From Vitrella brassicaformis CCMP3155 (lineage: Eukaryota; Protista; Chromerida): a stretch of DNA of 64,000 nt. A model generated the notes under the pieces. It ran no database searches. It saw only the letters and a program-made list of their open reading frames with translations, and had not been told where the DNA came from. This document shows positions 50,646 to 62,899 of the stretch, one piece after another (positions within the stretch are counted from its first letter, which is position 1; each line of letters opens with the position of its first letter). The stretch spans positions 236,753 through 300,752 of the forward strand of contig CDMY01000677.1 of NCBI GenBank assembly GCA_001179505.1, in the 5' to 3' direction. The position numbers and the translations under genes were made by a program.

Positions 50646-51775
50646 ATGTCCAAGCCTTCTCCCCGTGTGGTGCTGGTGAGATCTCTCACACACGGCAAAT
50701 GAATACAGGCGAGCACGTGAGCGCTGCATCTCAGCGCAATTGGATGTATGTGTGTGTTGCAAGGTGACTGGAGCCAGTGGCGGTATTGGCAACGCGGCGG
50801 CCATCGCATTCGCGGAGAAGGGCGACACTGTGGCCGTCCATTACTCGGGCAAGCGTATAGCAAACTATCTTCTCGCGTCATGCAGCATCCATGCACGTGT
50901 GTGTCTTTCGCTGATTTCCAGCTAGCGAGGCCAAGGCCAAGGCGACGCTCGAGGCCGTCGAGAAGGCGGGCGGCAGCGGGGCCCTCTTCCAAGCCGACCT
51001 CTCACGCGTCAGTGAGATACGACGGCTCTACGATGAGGTGGGGTGTGTTGGGACGGGATCTGAGGCCGTCCTTTCATTCTTGGTTGTGTTGTGTTGTGCA
51101 GGTGTATGCTCGGTTCGGCCGTGTGGACGTAGTGTTCAACAACAGTGGCGCGGGAGCGGAGGCACTTATACAGGACACATCAGAGGAGCAATATGACAGG
51201 TAGTTGTGCATGGTGAATGCAAGCCGCTGTCCTAATGAATGAATGAATGAATCGATGGCTTCTTCTCTCCCTCTCCCTCTTCCTGCATTCTCTTAGAATG
51301 TTTGATCTTAACGTCAAGGGCACGTTCTTCTCGCTGCAGGAGGCCATCAAGCGCATGGGCCAGGGGGGCGTCATCATCAACAACAGCAGCGTCCTCGGCA
51401 GCCACCCCATGGCCACCACTGGGTGCTACTGCGGCAGCAAGGCGGCGGTCTCCATGCTCACCAAGTGTGCCGCCAAGGAAGCCGGTGAGAAGGGCATCCG
51501 AGTCAACGCTGTCGCCCCTGGGCCAGTGCTGCCTGGTGAGTCAGTCTGGATCCGCGTTCAATCATTGTCTGTCTGTGTGGAGCGTGTGTTTGTGTGATGT
51601 GATACATGCAGGTATGGTGGGAGAGGATATGGTGAATCGGATGGTGAATCTGTCTCCCTTCAAGAGGATCGGCGAGGCGATGGAGGTGGGCCGGCTGTGT
51701 GTGGCCATCGCCAGCGACGACATGAGCTGGGTGTCGGGTCAGATTATCGGCGTCGACGGGGCGGCATTCTGCTGA
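50646..51775 (+). CDS. Classical short-chain dehydrogenase/reductase (FabG-like)
   Basis: MSKPSPRVVL|VTGASGGIG (TGxxxGIG), VFNNSG, IINNSS, YCGSK (YxxxK), GIRVNAVAPG and VSGQIIGVDG. Confidence 0.92.
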
Positions 51776-52999
51776 GCAGAGATAGACTGATGGCGCTGAT
51801 AGCATTGTGCAGTGTGGCTTTTATCCCCTGGCTAGCTAGCTGCGTGTGACGACGGGTATTTTCTGAAGGCTGTGTGTGTAGCTAAGATCACTGTGTGCAG
51901 AGGGAGGGGTGTGTGCAGTGCTCATGTGGGTGGGTGGGTGGTTGGGGGGCTGTGTTGTCGATAGATGACCATTGCTGCTGATGGGCGACATTCGTTAGCA
52001 ACGTTGCGGACGATCCTTTGCTCAAAGAGCTACCTGAGTCATTTATGAAAGGCAACAAGAGCTCCAAGCGCTGAGCGTCGGGTCCACAAGCACTCACGTG
52101 TTGGATGACAAGGGTAAACACATGGAGCGGGCGGCGAAGTACCAAGCAAGCAAAAGGGAGCACAACCACGCAAAGTCAGTAAAACAACAACGCTCAAACA
52201 AATGGACGTCACACACTGGAAACAAGCGTGAGACACGTGCACACGACAGCATCCGGGTTTGAGTGAACGAGACATGGAAATATAAAATGTAGATAGCGAT
52301 GGAAAACCTCGTCGACTCTGGCTCCTCCTCCTACACAGCGGCCACACACGGACATCTTCTCCATGGATGGAATTTGACGCCGAGCGTCACGTCGGACCCC
52401 GCCCTCGCCCCCTTGGTCTCGTTGATGTCGCTCTCGTACAATGTGGCCTTGATGAAGAGGCCGCCCCCCTCGCTCCCCTCGGCCTTGACCAGGCCGTACA
52501 GCAGCGTCTCGCTTGGCATCCTGGAAACACCACTTTTCGTGGTATCGCACGGCGAACCACCGTCGCACGATGCTCATGTCTGTTCTGGGCAGGTGTCAGT
52601 GTCGTCTGCTCTCCGCTCTTTCTTCGCAGCAATCAGTTCCGAGGCTTTGCTCATTGACAAGAGACATACAGGAGACACACAACCAAGCGATTGCCGCGGG
52701 GATGGTCTTGTACACATACCTGCTGAAGATCGACGACGCATGGTCATCGGTCATGCCGTCGATCTTTTCAACCCAGTCGTCAAATATGAGACAGTCCACA
52801 GACTTGTTGTGCCACCTCGGCAACCTCCTGCAGCGTGTCATCCGTTGCGGTTGCCCAAGCTATCCGCACACCAATCTCCCCCCAGTTGAAGACGCCCCCC
52901 ACGGTTGAGCATTGTTTTCCTTAGATGCTCTTTAAGCGACAAAGCGGGCACCTGATTAAGCATAAAACACGAAGGAGACATACGTTTCCTGTTGTCTTC

Positions 53000-54480
53000 G
53001 CATCGCTCACTTGTCGTTTGAGGGTTCTCCTCAGATGCTCCTTCAGGGAAAGTACGGGCTTGCCGTCAAGAGTTCGCCTCAGCTGATCTTTGAGGCCGAT
53101 GCGATCGTGCCTGGCGGTGTCCTGCAGGCACGGCACACCACACAAGCGAGGCACAATGGATGGATGCGTCCATGGGTCTGTGCAAGAAGTTGAGCCTTCT
53201 GGTCTCGTTGAAAGCGACCTTCGGCTTCTGAAACCATGTGTGGCCGAGAGCTGTCGACGCTGAATGATGGCAAACAAAGATCAACGAAGACGTCGCGTAC
53301 TGCTCTCTCCACATACTCACCGGGTGGGCGATTTCCAGGGTCCAAGTTCAGCAGCTGTCGACATAAGGAGATGTCATCCTCCCAGCCTTGTCTCAGTGCG
53401 AAGACGGGCGGCTGTTGTTACCGCACAAAGGCAAGCACACAACCTAGCGGCTGCGACGCACACGGTCTTGTGCATACACACCTGCTGCACAAGTGCCACG
53501 ATATCGTCAGCGGACATGTCGTTGTCGACCTTGAATGAACGCCCGTATATCAGCAAGTAATCCAAAGGTATAGAGAAAGAGGCAGTAAGATTTCGAGAAA
53601 CCAGAGATCAAAATGTCATGATGTTATCAATCATGGTAGACAGACACGTATACTCGCAACTGCGCGTACCAAGCATCTTGGGCATGCGAGTTTTCCCACC
53701 GCCCGTGTGGCGGGTGAGCGCCATGGGAGGGATTCGCGGCAGGCGGAATTCTGTGTTGGCGTCGCTCTTCGGAGAGCCGATCGTCTCGGGATACCACAAT
53801 GCGTCCTTACAGGATCACGTCGAGGGACCACATGTCGCTCTTCTCCGTATAGGACCCCTCAGCCACGCTCTCGGGCGCCTGCAAAGTGAACAATAGAAAG
53901 AGTGCTTTGTGCAATCCGCCAGCTGCCCCGACAGGCAACCCACCATGTATCCCCGTGTGCCAGGCCGCTCGGAAATCTTCTTCCCATCAGGAAACCCACA
54001 GAAGTCAAAGTCCACCAGCTTCAGCTGGGTCTCGCCGTCCAAGAATACGCAATTCTCGGGCTTCAAATCACGGTGGACGAGCTGAGAATGGAGCAGGGCA
54101 GCATTCATCCCTGTCTAATGTGTCCGTCCGCTTCTCCATGTGTGTTTCCTTTCCTCTCTCACCCCGTGATGGTGCAGATGCCGCACGGCAGAGAGCAGCT
54201 TCTGTATGATTCTCCTCACTCTCGTGGCTGCCGGCCGTGGCCACACGCTGTCCCCTCTGGTGCATGGATGCCAGCTGCTGCTTCATGCGATCCACTATCT
54301 ACTTTTCGTTGAAGGGCGCATGCTTCTTCCTCGGTCTCCTGCCACCATCAGGGCTCCCCGCCTTCTCGATCTTGTCGTGAAGTCGGCGCACCATGCCTCG
54401 CAGGACCTCCTCAGCAGCAGGTTCACCGGCAGGGGCGGAAGGGCGGGGGAGGGCCCGATCGTCATCGTCTGTGCGACGGA
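53000..54480 (-). pseudogene. Degenerate CAMK-like protein kinase with a DFD motif
   Basis: VRRIIQKLLSAVRHLHHHG|LVHRDLKPENCVF...LKLVDFDF...GTRGYM|APES...KSDMWSLDVIL* (TAA plus frameshift at about 53812), then LVQQ|LLNLDPGNRPP|ASTALGHTWF. No recognisable intact N-lobe. Outer limits are uncertain, and further exon-like sequence runs down to about 52300. Confidence 0.7.
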
Positions 54481-55750
54481 CGGAGAACAACAGCACAGGA
54501 AATGAGAGCGATGTCTTGATGTGATCTGGCTTTGTACGATGTGTGTGCGAGGGCTCCTTTGATCTTGAGGCGGTGCGGTCTCCATACTGCAATGATGTCA
54601 CTGCATCAAAAAAGGCAAAACATCAAAACCACATCACGCTCCCTTCGCCCTCTGCCGAATACCAGTGGCATCTGATGCGACAATGTAGGATAAAAAGGAG
54701 AAATCATCAAAGTGTGTGATGTGTTGTCATGTTGTGCTGCTGACGCTTCGGTGGCGGCCGCTTTGGGTAGTCGTCACCACCAAAGTGAATACTCGCTGCA
54801 TGAGACAACACAATTCATGCAGGGAGTATTCACTGAGTCAGGAACCGTCTCTTCCCATCCCTTGTTTTCTCACCTCTGCCGCCCCTCGCTCCCCCCTTCT
54901 TCCTCGCCCTCCCTCCCCGGCCGGTGGAGTGCGGTGGTGTGTCGTGTCGGCCCCAGGGTGGCAGTGATGACGTCGGAGGCGCCTTGGGTCGAATGATGAG
55001 TGGCTGATGAAATTGTGGCTGATAGGGAGGAGGGGTCTTCGGTGTGTGGGCAGGGTGGTTGGGGCCGAGAGGTATGAGAGGCGATGAGGCGGAGGCTGGC
55101 GGGTATGACGGCGGGCTGAATGGCGGGGGAGGGGGGATGTTGTCGTCAACTGCATTGCATGCAGGGAAGAAGAAGCATACGGTCGTGTGTGTGCGAAGTT
55201 ATATGGCTGCAGGCTGTAGCTCCTCCATGAGTACCTGCAAAGTCAACACACCACGGCAACCCGTCATTGCTTTGTTCTCTGGTCAGGTGCTTTGACTCGC
55301 CTCACCTGGAAGTTCACCATGACGTCTCGCATCTGCTCTCTTTGCTGCGGCGTCATCAGCGCCTCTGCCGCGTGTGCGTTGGCGAAGAGGCCTCTGAGTG
55401 CGCCGTGTCGCGCATCGTAGTCCACGTCAGACAGATGATGCTGGTCGAGGGCGGTTGTCGTGATGCGATTCGCCACGCTAGCGAGTGTGTGGATGTAGTC
55501 CTGAGGATCCACCCTTTGCCTACCGGACATGTGCTCCCTAGCTCGCCGCCTGCGAGTGGGACGAAAGGAAAAATCGTCAAACTCATGTGTGTGTGTGTGT
55601 GTGTGTGTGTCGGCGGAGGAGCTTCGTGAAGAAATGGTGAGGTTAAATGGTGAGGTTCCTTCTCTGGAACCAGGAGACAGGGTTTGTGGGGTTCGTCTCC
55701 GATTCTCGCCATCGCCAAAATCGATCTGGCGCATTGCTGGCTTGGTCATC

Positions 55751-56638
55751 ATGACGCGCTGCTTGTGGATGCTGTCCTCTATCCTGGCCCTGCTGCCGCT
55801 CGTCCCGGGCATCGCGGACACCATCAAGCAAGTCAGCGAGTGACTCGTTATCTATCCACCAAGCATGAGTGTCACGTGTCTGTCTGTCTGTCTGTCTGTC
55901 TGTGAATGTTTGGTGTTGCTTGCAGCCCACTGGCAGCTCCGCCTTTGTCAGCCTTCTGCTGGGTCGCAACCATAGCCGACGCTCTCACCTGCGCCCTGCC
56001 CTCGCCCGAAGCACCGTCCGGCAGCCTCTCCTCGCAGCAAATGGCCAGTGGCAGCCTGCTTCCCGCCCTGGCTTCCGCTCTGGATTGCCGTCGTCCCTCT
56101 GGGCACAGGCGTACGAGCCGGGCGGCAAGATATTTGCTGGTCTCTTCAAGTCAAGGTGACGAACCGCATGACCCTGGGCGAGCTCGAAGACATGGCGGAC
56201 AAGGCGTTTCCCGAGAAGGACTTTCTGAAGAATAGTGGCAATGCAGTGCTGCGGCTGGAGGTGCTCTTCACTGGCCTACTCCCGAATGCCGATCTGATCA
56301 CTCGAGTCAAGAGCTGGATAGGTGATATTGTTCGTGCAGCTGGATTCTTCTCGCGTCGTGCGAATCGCGTCAATCCTGAGCTGCTCGTTACGGAAGTTCT
56401 GGCGGGTGAGTTGTCACACACTGACTGAAGGCGCTTTTCTGTCTGTCTTGCTGTCTGTGTACGCGAGTGTTTGTGGCATTGATCAATCAATCAATCAGGT
56501 TTCGGAACAGTCGACAAGCCGATACGCTTCATCGTCGAACGACCTTACACAGGTCAACGCGATACCGAACAGGAGCTGCGTGAAGCCCGTGCACTCCTTC
56601 GGCTGAACCCTCTCTACGCCGCCATCTTCGTTTCGTGA
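55751..56638 (+). CDS. Candidate plastid-targeted protein (bipartite leader), with an apparent frameshift near 56150
   Basis: Signal-peptide-like MTRCLWMLSSILALLPLVPGIA, then a SAFV motif and an S/R-rich, acid-free transit-like segment ending PSSLWA. The downstream coding-like sequence (KVTNRMTLGELEDMADKAF...|GFGTVDKPIRF...AIFVS*) is in a different frame. Confidence 0.45.
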
Positions 56639-57193
56639 TCTTCCCAAGTGCTGTGGATCAGCTCACTCTAGCCAACTACATTGCCCAGATCGCTCACGCA
56701 CTGCAGCTCCTCTGGCTCGGGGCGTTTGTCAAAGACGTCTTTGACAAAGCTGAAGGTGGGACATTAACAGACGACCATCTTCGGCCTATCGGTGACGATT
56801 CCCGGGGGGGAGGGGGCGGGGAGGGGGACGGGCAAGAAGGCAGACAGATACGCTTCCCCTGGTGGTGCTGTTCGCTTGACTGACTGGAAGTCTGTTGCGT
56901 GCATGGGGTAGAATGGATGGATGAGGCCCGATTCTCGGGGGGCGTCGGGAGCTTCCGCGCGACATAGCGCAATGACTGATTGTAGTGGGTGTTGGTTGGT
57001 GTGTATAGATACGTACGTGTGCTGTGCATGTGTGAACTAATCTGGTGGACCCATGGGAGGTGTGCGTGTTTGCACGGCTGAATGCCTGGTACACCGAGAG
57101 CCTCGCACATGTTTGTTCACTCACACACAAATATCACTCACATACAGTTGTTGTCAAGACGAGGCAAACAGGCCTGAGATGACGCGCAAGTCT

Positions 57194-59653
57194 CTATTGT
57201 GGGCAAGCGAGACTGATCATGTGTCTCCTCTTCCCTCTCATCATCTGAATCAGCCAGTAACCCGACGCCACAGACCGCTTTCTCCTCTTCACATCGGCAC
57301 CATCCCCCAGTCGGCCGGCCCTCTTATCCAGTTCGTCGAGAAGCGGCCGTAGATGGTCTGCCCAGAAGGAGTCTTCGTATGGCTCGTCAGCAGTGCCTGA
57401 TGCAACCAACCAGTCACAGGCAGGCAGACCCTTATTGCTCGGTGCCTCATGTGTCGCTGCTGACAGACCATCGGACGAAGGGGGGTAGAACCAGTAGTTG
57501 AACGCCATGTGGCCTGGCCGGTCGGCAGACCGCTCCTCCTCACCGCCCGCATCATCACCGCTGATCACCTCATGAAACCAACTCGCCGGCAGATACACTG
57601 CACACACACAGACAGGCAGCCATGATATCAGCAGGGTGTCAGTGAGTCAATCTGGCTGTCACTAACGCATTTCTCCCGCCTTGGCGGTCACTTGATGGTA
57701 CTGCTGCCAAATGGGGTCGGGATTGTCTGTCAGGCCGGGAGCGGGGGGGAGGTGCCGGTCCACTGTGTTGCGGCGACAGAAGCTGGGCGGCTTCTCGCCC
57801 TCTGGCACCACCTGACACACACACATCGATGCACACAGGTGGATGACAGAGCAGTAGCTGGAACATGGCTGTTTTGTGTGTACCTGTGGTGGTCTGCTGC
57901 TGTCTTTGTCCTGTGTTGATGTGGCTGGCTCGTCCTCTTCAGCCGTGAGGGTGTCAAAGTCATCCTCTGCATCATCATCTGCAGCAACCGACGCACACAC
58001 GATGTACCACGATATGCGTGCAGAGTGAATGTGTTGCTTTACGTCCGTCGAGGGCCGCATCGAGAAGCGCCTCCACCCTACAGGCAGGCAGGCAGACAGA
58101 CATCACAGCTGTGACACATCCAAGTGTGTGTGACCATGGTCATCTTGGTCGCTCACTCGTCGTCTGCCTCCTGGATGGCCGCGTCGTCACGCCGAGAATC
58201 CTCACACCCTGAACCAAACACACAGCCAACATCCACCAGGTTGGTGGATGCAACTTTCTCTCCGAGGCATCACCATGTTGGCTGGTTGTGCGCTGCAGGT
58301 CGCTGTGTCGCTGACACGCTCGGCCGAGCTTCCACTGCTGCACAGCTGCACGGGGGGCACCTGGTGGGGTGAGTGACACACACAAAGGTCAATGACCTGG
58401 ACACACGAGACGGGTAATTAATGACCACTGACCATCTTCCCTGATGCCTTTCTGATAGCAAATGAGTCCGTTCGGATGGATCACAGACACATTGCCTGAC
58501 AGATAGACACAGACAGACAGACAGAGAGAGAGAGTGACGGACGTTCCAAGGTCTTGTGGTGTGTTGCCCTGGCCGGCCTACCTGTGGTGTGGAGTTGGTG
58601 TGCCTTGTCGGGGCTGTAGAGGCGGAAGGCCTTCCGCCCACGCAGCAACACATACAGATTGTCGTGCTGCATACACACGACTAACGAAATGCAAACGGCA
58701 TGACGGTTCGGTGTGCATCTGTCTCACAAAGTCATGGTGGAGTCCACTGCTGGTGCCAGCGCGGCTCTGCCCCATCCACACGTTGTACTGATACGGCAAG
58801 AGGTGACTGCACACACCAGGCGAACAACAGTGTGCCGCCGCGAGAACAATTGGTTGTTTCCGTCCTCTCCTACCCGAACAGCTTGGGCCTCAACGGCACA
58901 TCAGCGAGCAGGGCGGACACGGGAGGCCCGGTGAGCGACACTGGACCTGCACACAGCACCCAAGACCCGGTGGACACAGTCATCAACAGAGTCCATCAGA
59001 GTGGTGTGTGTTGACTGACCAGTGTCGGTCTCGTCTATCGTCTGTGTGGTCAAGTAGAGATCCTCACGACCTGCACCCGACATCCAAGCAACACAGTCAC
59101 CGGCCAAGTGTCTTCGTGGCTTTCTTCTCAAGTGGATCACTTGCCTTTGTCGAGCTCGTCGAGGAAAGCACCAAATGCCATCCTCACTTTGCGGCCCTCA
59201 CCTGCACGGCCACAAAAGACAAAGCGATGACCAAACTCTACTGCCTGCCCGTCCCTCACCGAATTGGTCAAAGTCATTCCGCCGGTGCTCGACATCGACA
59301 AACGAGTCACCGGCCCTCTGTCTCAGGTAGCTGTTTGTCCACCGCTGGAGACCCTTGAATTCGCCGCTCAATGAGTCAGTGAGCACCACTGGCATCCGCC
59401 GCTTGACGAAGCGATTGAAGAAATCATCAGCAGAGAGGGAGGCCACGGGCACACGCTCAACGGACCAAAACACATCAGGCGAGAACCTGAATCGACAGGC
59501 ACAAAGTGCACCAACAGAGGAGCAGTGAGGTGCGTCCTCATCCACTCACCCTTTGTATGTGACGGCGGCGTCTTGAGATCTTTTCCGTTCTTCTGCCTTG
59601 TTTGCGGAGATCTGCTGACCCCGCTGCCTTCTCGGCTTCTTGCGATGCTTCAT
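57194..59653 (-). CDS. JmjC (cupin-like 2OG/Fe(II) oxygenase), copy B, complete
   Basis: LYLTTQ, NVWMG..GTSSGLHHDF|HDNLYVLLRGRKAFRLYSPD (HxD and the 2OG-binding Lys), KAGEM|YLPASWFHEV (distal His) and HMAFNYWFYPP. Confidence 0.85.
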
Positions 59654-62495
59654 TTTTCCTCACAACAGCTAAGCTCGCAGATGCGGGAGCTGTGCAGATC
59701 CCAGCCCGAGTCCCGTCTGCCCGCCGCACATTGGCAATGTCGAGCAGGGAGGAGCCCCACTTGGAGCGGCTTCTGCAGTCGCTGTTGCATCGTCTGGCCG
59801 TGCCTGCCACTGATGAGCGGCTGCGTGTGGTCAAACCCCTCGACATCATTGACCACAGCATCCCTGAGTCGGCCACAACGACCCCTTACGGCCACACGCC
59901 CGACGTCAAGATCAGGATCTTCCGCAAAATGCGTGCATTCGGCTTCCGCGATGTGGCTGTCGTCGGCCACTACTATGGGTCTATGCCGCGGGTGGAGGAC
60001 CGATTCGTGGAGCTGCTGCGGGCGGAGGAGCCGCGGATGAGCGGCTGCTGGTTCATGCTGGGCACAGGTGGGCAAGAGGGCTATGGTGAGGGCTCACATT
60101 GGTGCCCTGATGAGCGGCGTCCTGTCCTTTGTCAGGCGACGATGAGGCGTTGTCACGTCTGGAGGCGTCGGGCATCCCCAATGTGATGCTCGACTACACA
60201 TTTGCGGACGCCCGCACAGGCAGTAGCTCACTCGACAGCCTCAAGACCACCATCGGCCGCATCCATGAGTACTTCAGGAAGCTCGACAGGGAGGCGGTTC
60301 TGGCTGCCGACAATAACGGCATGCCTCACTTGGACGATGTAGCGGGTCAGTCTGGGCATCAGCGCCTGAAGCGCAATCACCTGTACATCAATTTCGTCGA
60401 TCTGCTGGACTTCAACATCACCATGGACGCGCCACAAGTGAAGGTGAGGTGACATTCATGAGTGTCATTGGTCGAGGATAATGCACGTGTCGGTCTCATT
60501 GTGTTTGTGCGTGCAGGAAGTGATCGATTTCCTGTTGTCGGAGACCATTCCGATTCTGAAAGGCGTCTGCTTTGAGGGTGCAATGATCTGATTTATCACT
60601 ACATCCGAGTGACCCAGCGCCTCCGGTAAGTCCCAAGACTAAGCAGTGAACAGAACCACCACGGTCCTTGTTTTTTGTCTTCAGGGCCTCATTTCCGGCG
60701 AGTCGCTTCAAGCTGCTGGTGCACTCACACGCTGGGCCGCATGGCGATATCTCACACGCGGCGGCATTGGAGTGCGTGGGCCAGGGGGCGGACGGCATCT
60801 GGGCGAGCTTCATCCCTCAGGCAGCACAGACGGGCCACAACTTCTCATTGCAGTACCTCGCCACGCTGCACAGATATGGAAACGAACTCGTGCAGGAGTT
60901 CTACAAACTCGACACGGTCGGTAGTCGAGCAGCCAGGGGCCGTCCGTTATGTCACGCAGCCACTTATCTCTGTGTTGCGTGTTGTGTTCTGCAGGCCGCT
61001 GAGACGGCCCGGTCGCTTCATGAGTTGAGCTTCCCTGGCCAGCCCGTCCCGGCCGACTGTCCCATCTTCGGCAGCAACGCCTACTCGTGGGTCCACAGCG
61101 TCTTCAGACACGACAGACGGACACCGAGAGGGCTGCCTGCACGAATGGTATGTCACCAACGGGCACTATGAGAGAGGAGAATAGCGTGTGTGCCGTTATG
61201 TGTAGATTGGTGCGACAGAGGGTGCGCGGCTGGCTCCGATGACGACCGATGTCGACATGCTCTCCCAGCTATTAGACGGCCTCATCGGCAACGATTTTTC
61301 TTCAATGACGGCGACAAAGAAGAACATATACGCCCAGGGCGTTTTGACGACGATCCAGTTGCTGCTGAGTGAGGGCCATCAGTGCAACTTCAACGATCCC
61401 AACAACCTCAAATACATCTACCGACACGTGAGAAGAGCAGGAAAGGCAGAAGCAACGAAAGAAAGACAAGTGATGACTTCCTTTGTGCTTATAGGTTGAC
61501 AAGGTGAGGTTTGGCGTTTCTGAAACGCCCTCAATCATCGAGGGGCCACATGTACCCCATCTGCGGCGGTGGCTGAGACGGCCATCCGAAGACGCGCGGC
61601 TCCAGCTGCTCTACAGGCAAGACGAAACAAGTGTGAATCAAGCAGTGGATACGTGAGGAGAATTGCCTCTGTTGTCTGTCAGGTCGACACGTGACGGCGA
61701 CACATTCGCTGACTTCATGGGCAAGGTGGGGTCGGCCCGCCGTCTGCTGTTCGCCGTCAAGAACAACAGCAACAAGTTTGGCGTCTTCTTCGACGGGCCC
61801 CTCAACCAACCGAACAATCCAACATCCATTTAGATGACCACAGGCGACCTCTTCCTCTTTTCGCTCAGCGGCAGCTTCCCTCAGCCCACACAGATCCACC
61901 CACCGCAGGACAGACAGCGGGTGCAAGTGGCCGGAAGGGACGGGGCTGTGCAAGCAACTACCTACGGCCCCGCATCCGCCAAGATCATGATGGCAAATGG
62001 CTACCTCTGGCTGGGGAATTCGAGGTCGTCCACTCCGTCCCCCTCCATCCTCAGCTGCCACCACTGGATCCACAAAGACATCACACCACCAGGATTCACC
62101 GGCCGGGAGCGCAATGCGATTGAAAACACTCTGGCACAGAGCCGTGACTTCACGGCTGACGTCATCGAAGTGTATCAGGTGGGTGCGAAATACCCTTACA
62201 TCTGCAATTCAGCGGTCATCCCTGTGGTGTGTTGTGTGTGTGTCAGGTGGTGAGAGGCCCCCTCCCCGCCATCGACCGTGACGCCCTCCTGCCCCTGCCC
62301 GTCGACTTCCCCCGGCCTCTGTCTCCGAGTGCTCTGTCGTCGCGCGAGAGGACGTGCCGCACGCCAGCGTGACGTGACTGAGTGATTGATCGTTTTGTTG
62401 TGTGTGGGTGGTGCACTGTGTGTTTTGCGTTGGCCTGCGTGTTGGTTTGCGGCAATCGTAGCGCTGCAACGGCTTTATGAAGTCAGCCATGTGTG
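57691..62495. repeat. Segmental direct duplication, copy B (partner 7418 to about 12290)
   Basis: Collinear with 7418-12290 at an offset of about 50.3 kb, including introns. The copies are diverged by substitutions and indels, so this is not an assembly echo. Confidence 0.9.
59737..62372 (+). pseudogene. DRE-TIM/HMGL-like + TLDc fusion, copy B (disabled)
   Basis: The FEG...VT interval is 29 nt versus 36 nt in copies A and C (7-nt deletion, TGA at 60589-60591). There is also a TAG at 61831-61833 where A and C encode Gln. Confidence 0.85.
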
Positions 62496-62899
62496 CCGTG
62501 CTGTTTGCTCGTCATAACGCTACTCTTTCGAGGTGTGTTTTGTGTATTCATGCAGTGATGTGATTGTTATCGGAGTCGTGCCGCAGATGTAGCACACGCT
62601 GCTGTTTTTGGCGTTGATTTATTCGATTTTCATGTTTGGCACAGACGTGGCCAGGCGGACGTGACTGAGGTGTGTGGCCAGGCGGGTCCATTCGAATTCA
62701 AAGACTGATTTCGTGGATGTCATATATGCACACACGACTGCAGACACGTCCGCAAATGCAATGCAGGCAGATGCACGCATAACACAGATGCTCACAAAAA
62801 GGAAAAAGAGAGATCCGCAGACGGTTGGCTACCCTTCCTTGACGTTTCTGAGTGTTGTGGATGTTAGGCGTGTGGTCGGCGCGTGTGCGGCTTCATGGT

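Noticed and set aside
14209-61833. In-frame TAG codons at positions where paralogs have Trp or Gln (14209, 61831), suggesting stop-codon reassignment or readthrough
   Set aside because: They replace different amino acids by single-base changes. The 61831 stop is in a copy that also has a frameshift, the 14209 stop is in a family whose local copies are otherwise damaged, and TAG terminates the gene at 7000. Ordinary pseudogenisation explains them.
7418-62495. Possibility that the duplications are assembly artefacts
   Set aside because: The copies differ by many substitutions, indels and even donor dinucleotides, which fits real paralogs. Only the 190-bp identical block and the 247-bp tandem remain worth a read-level check.
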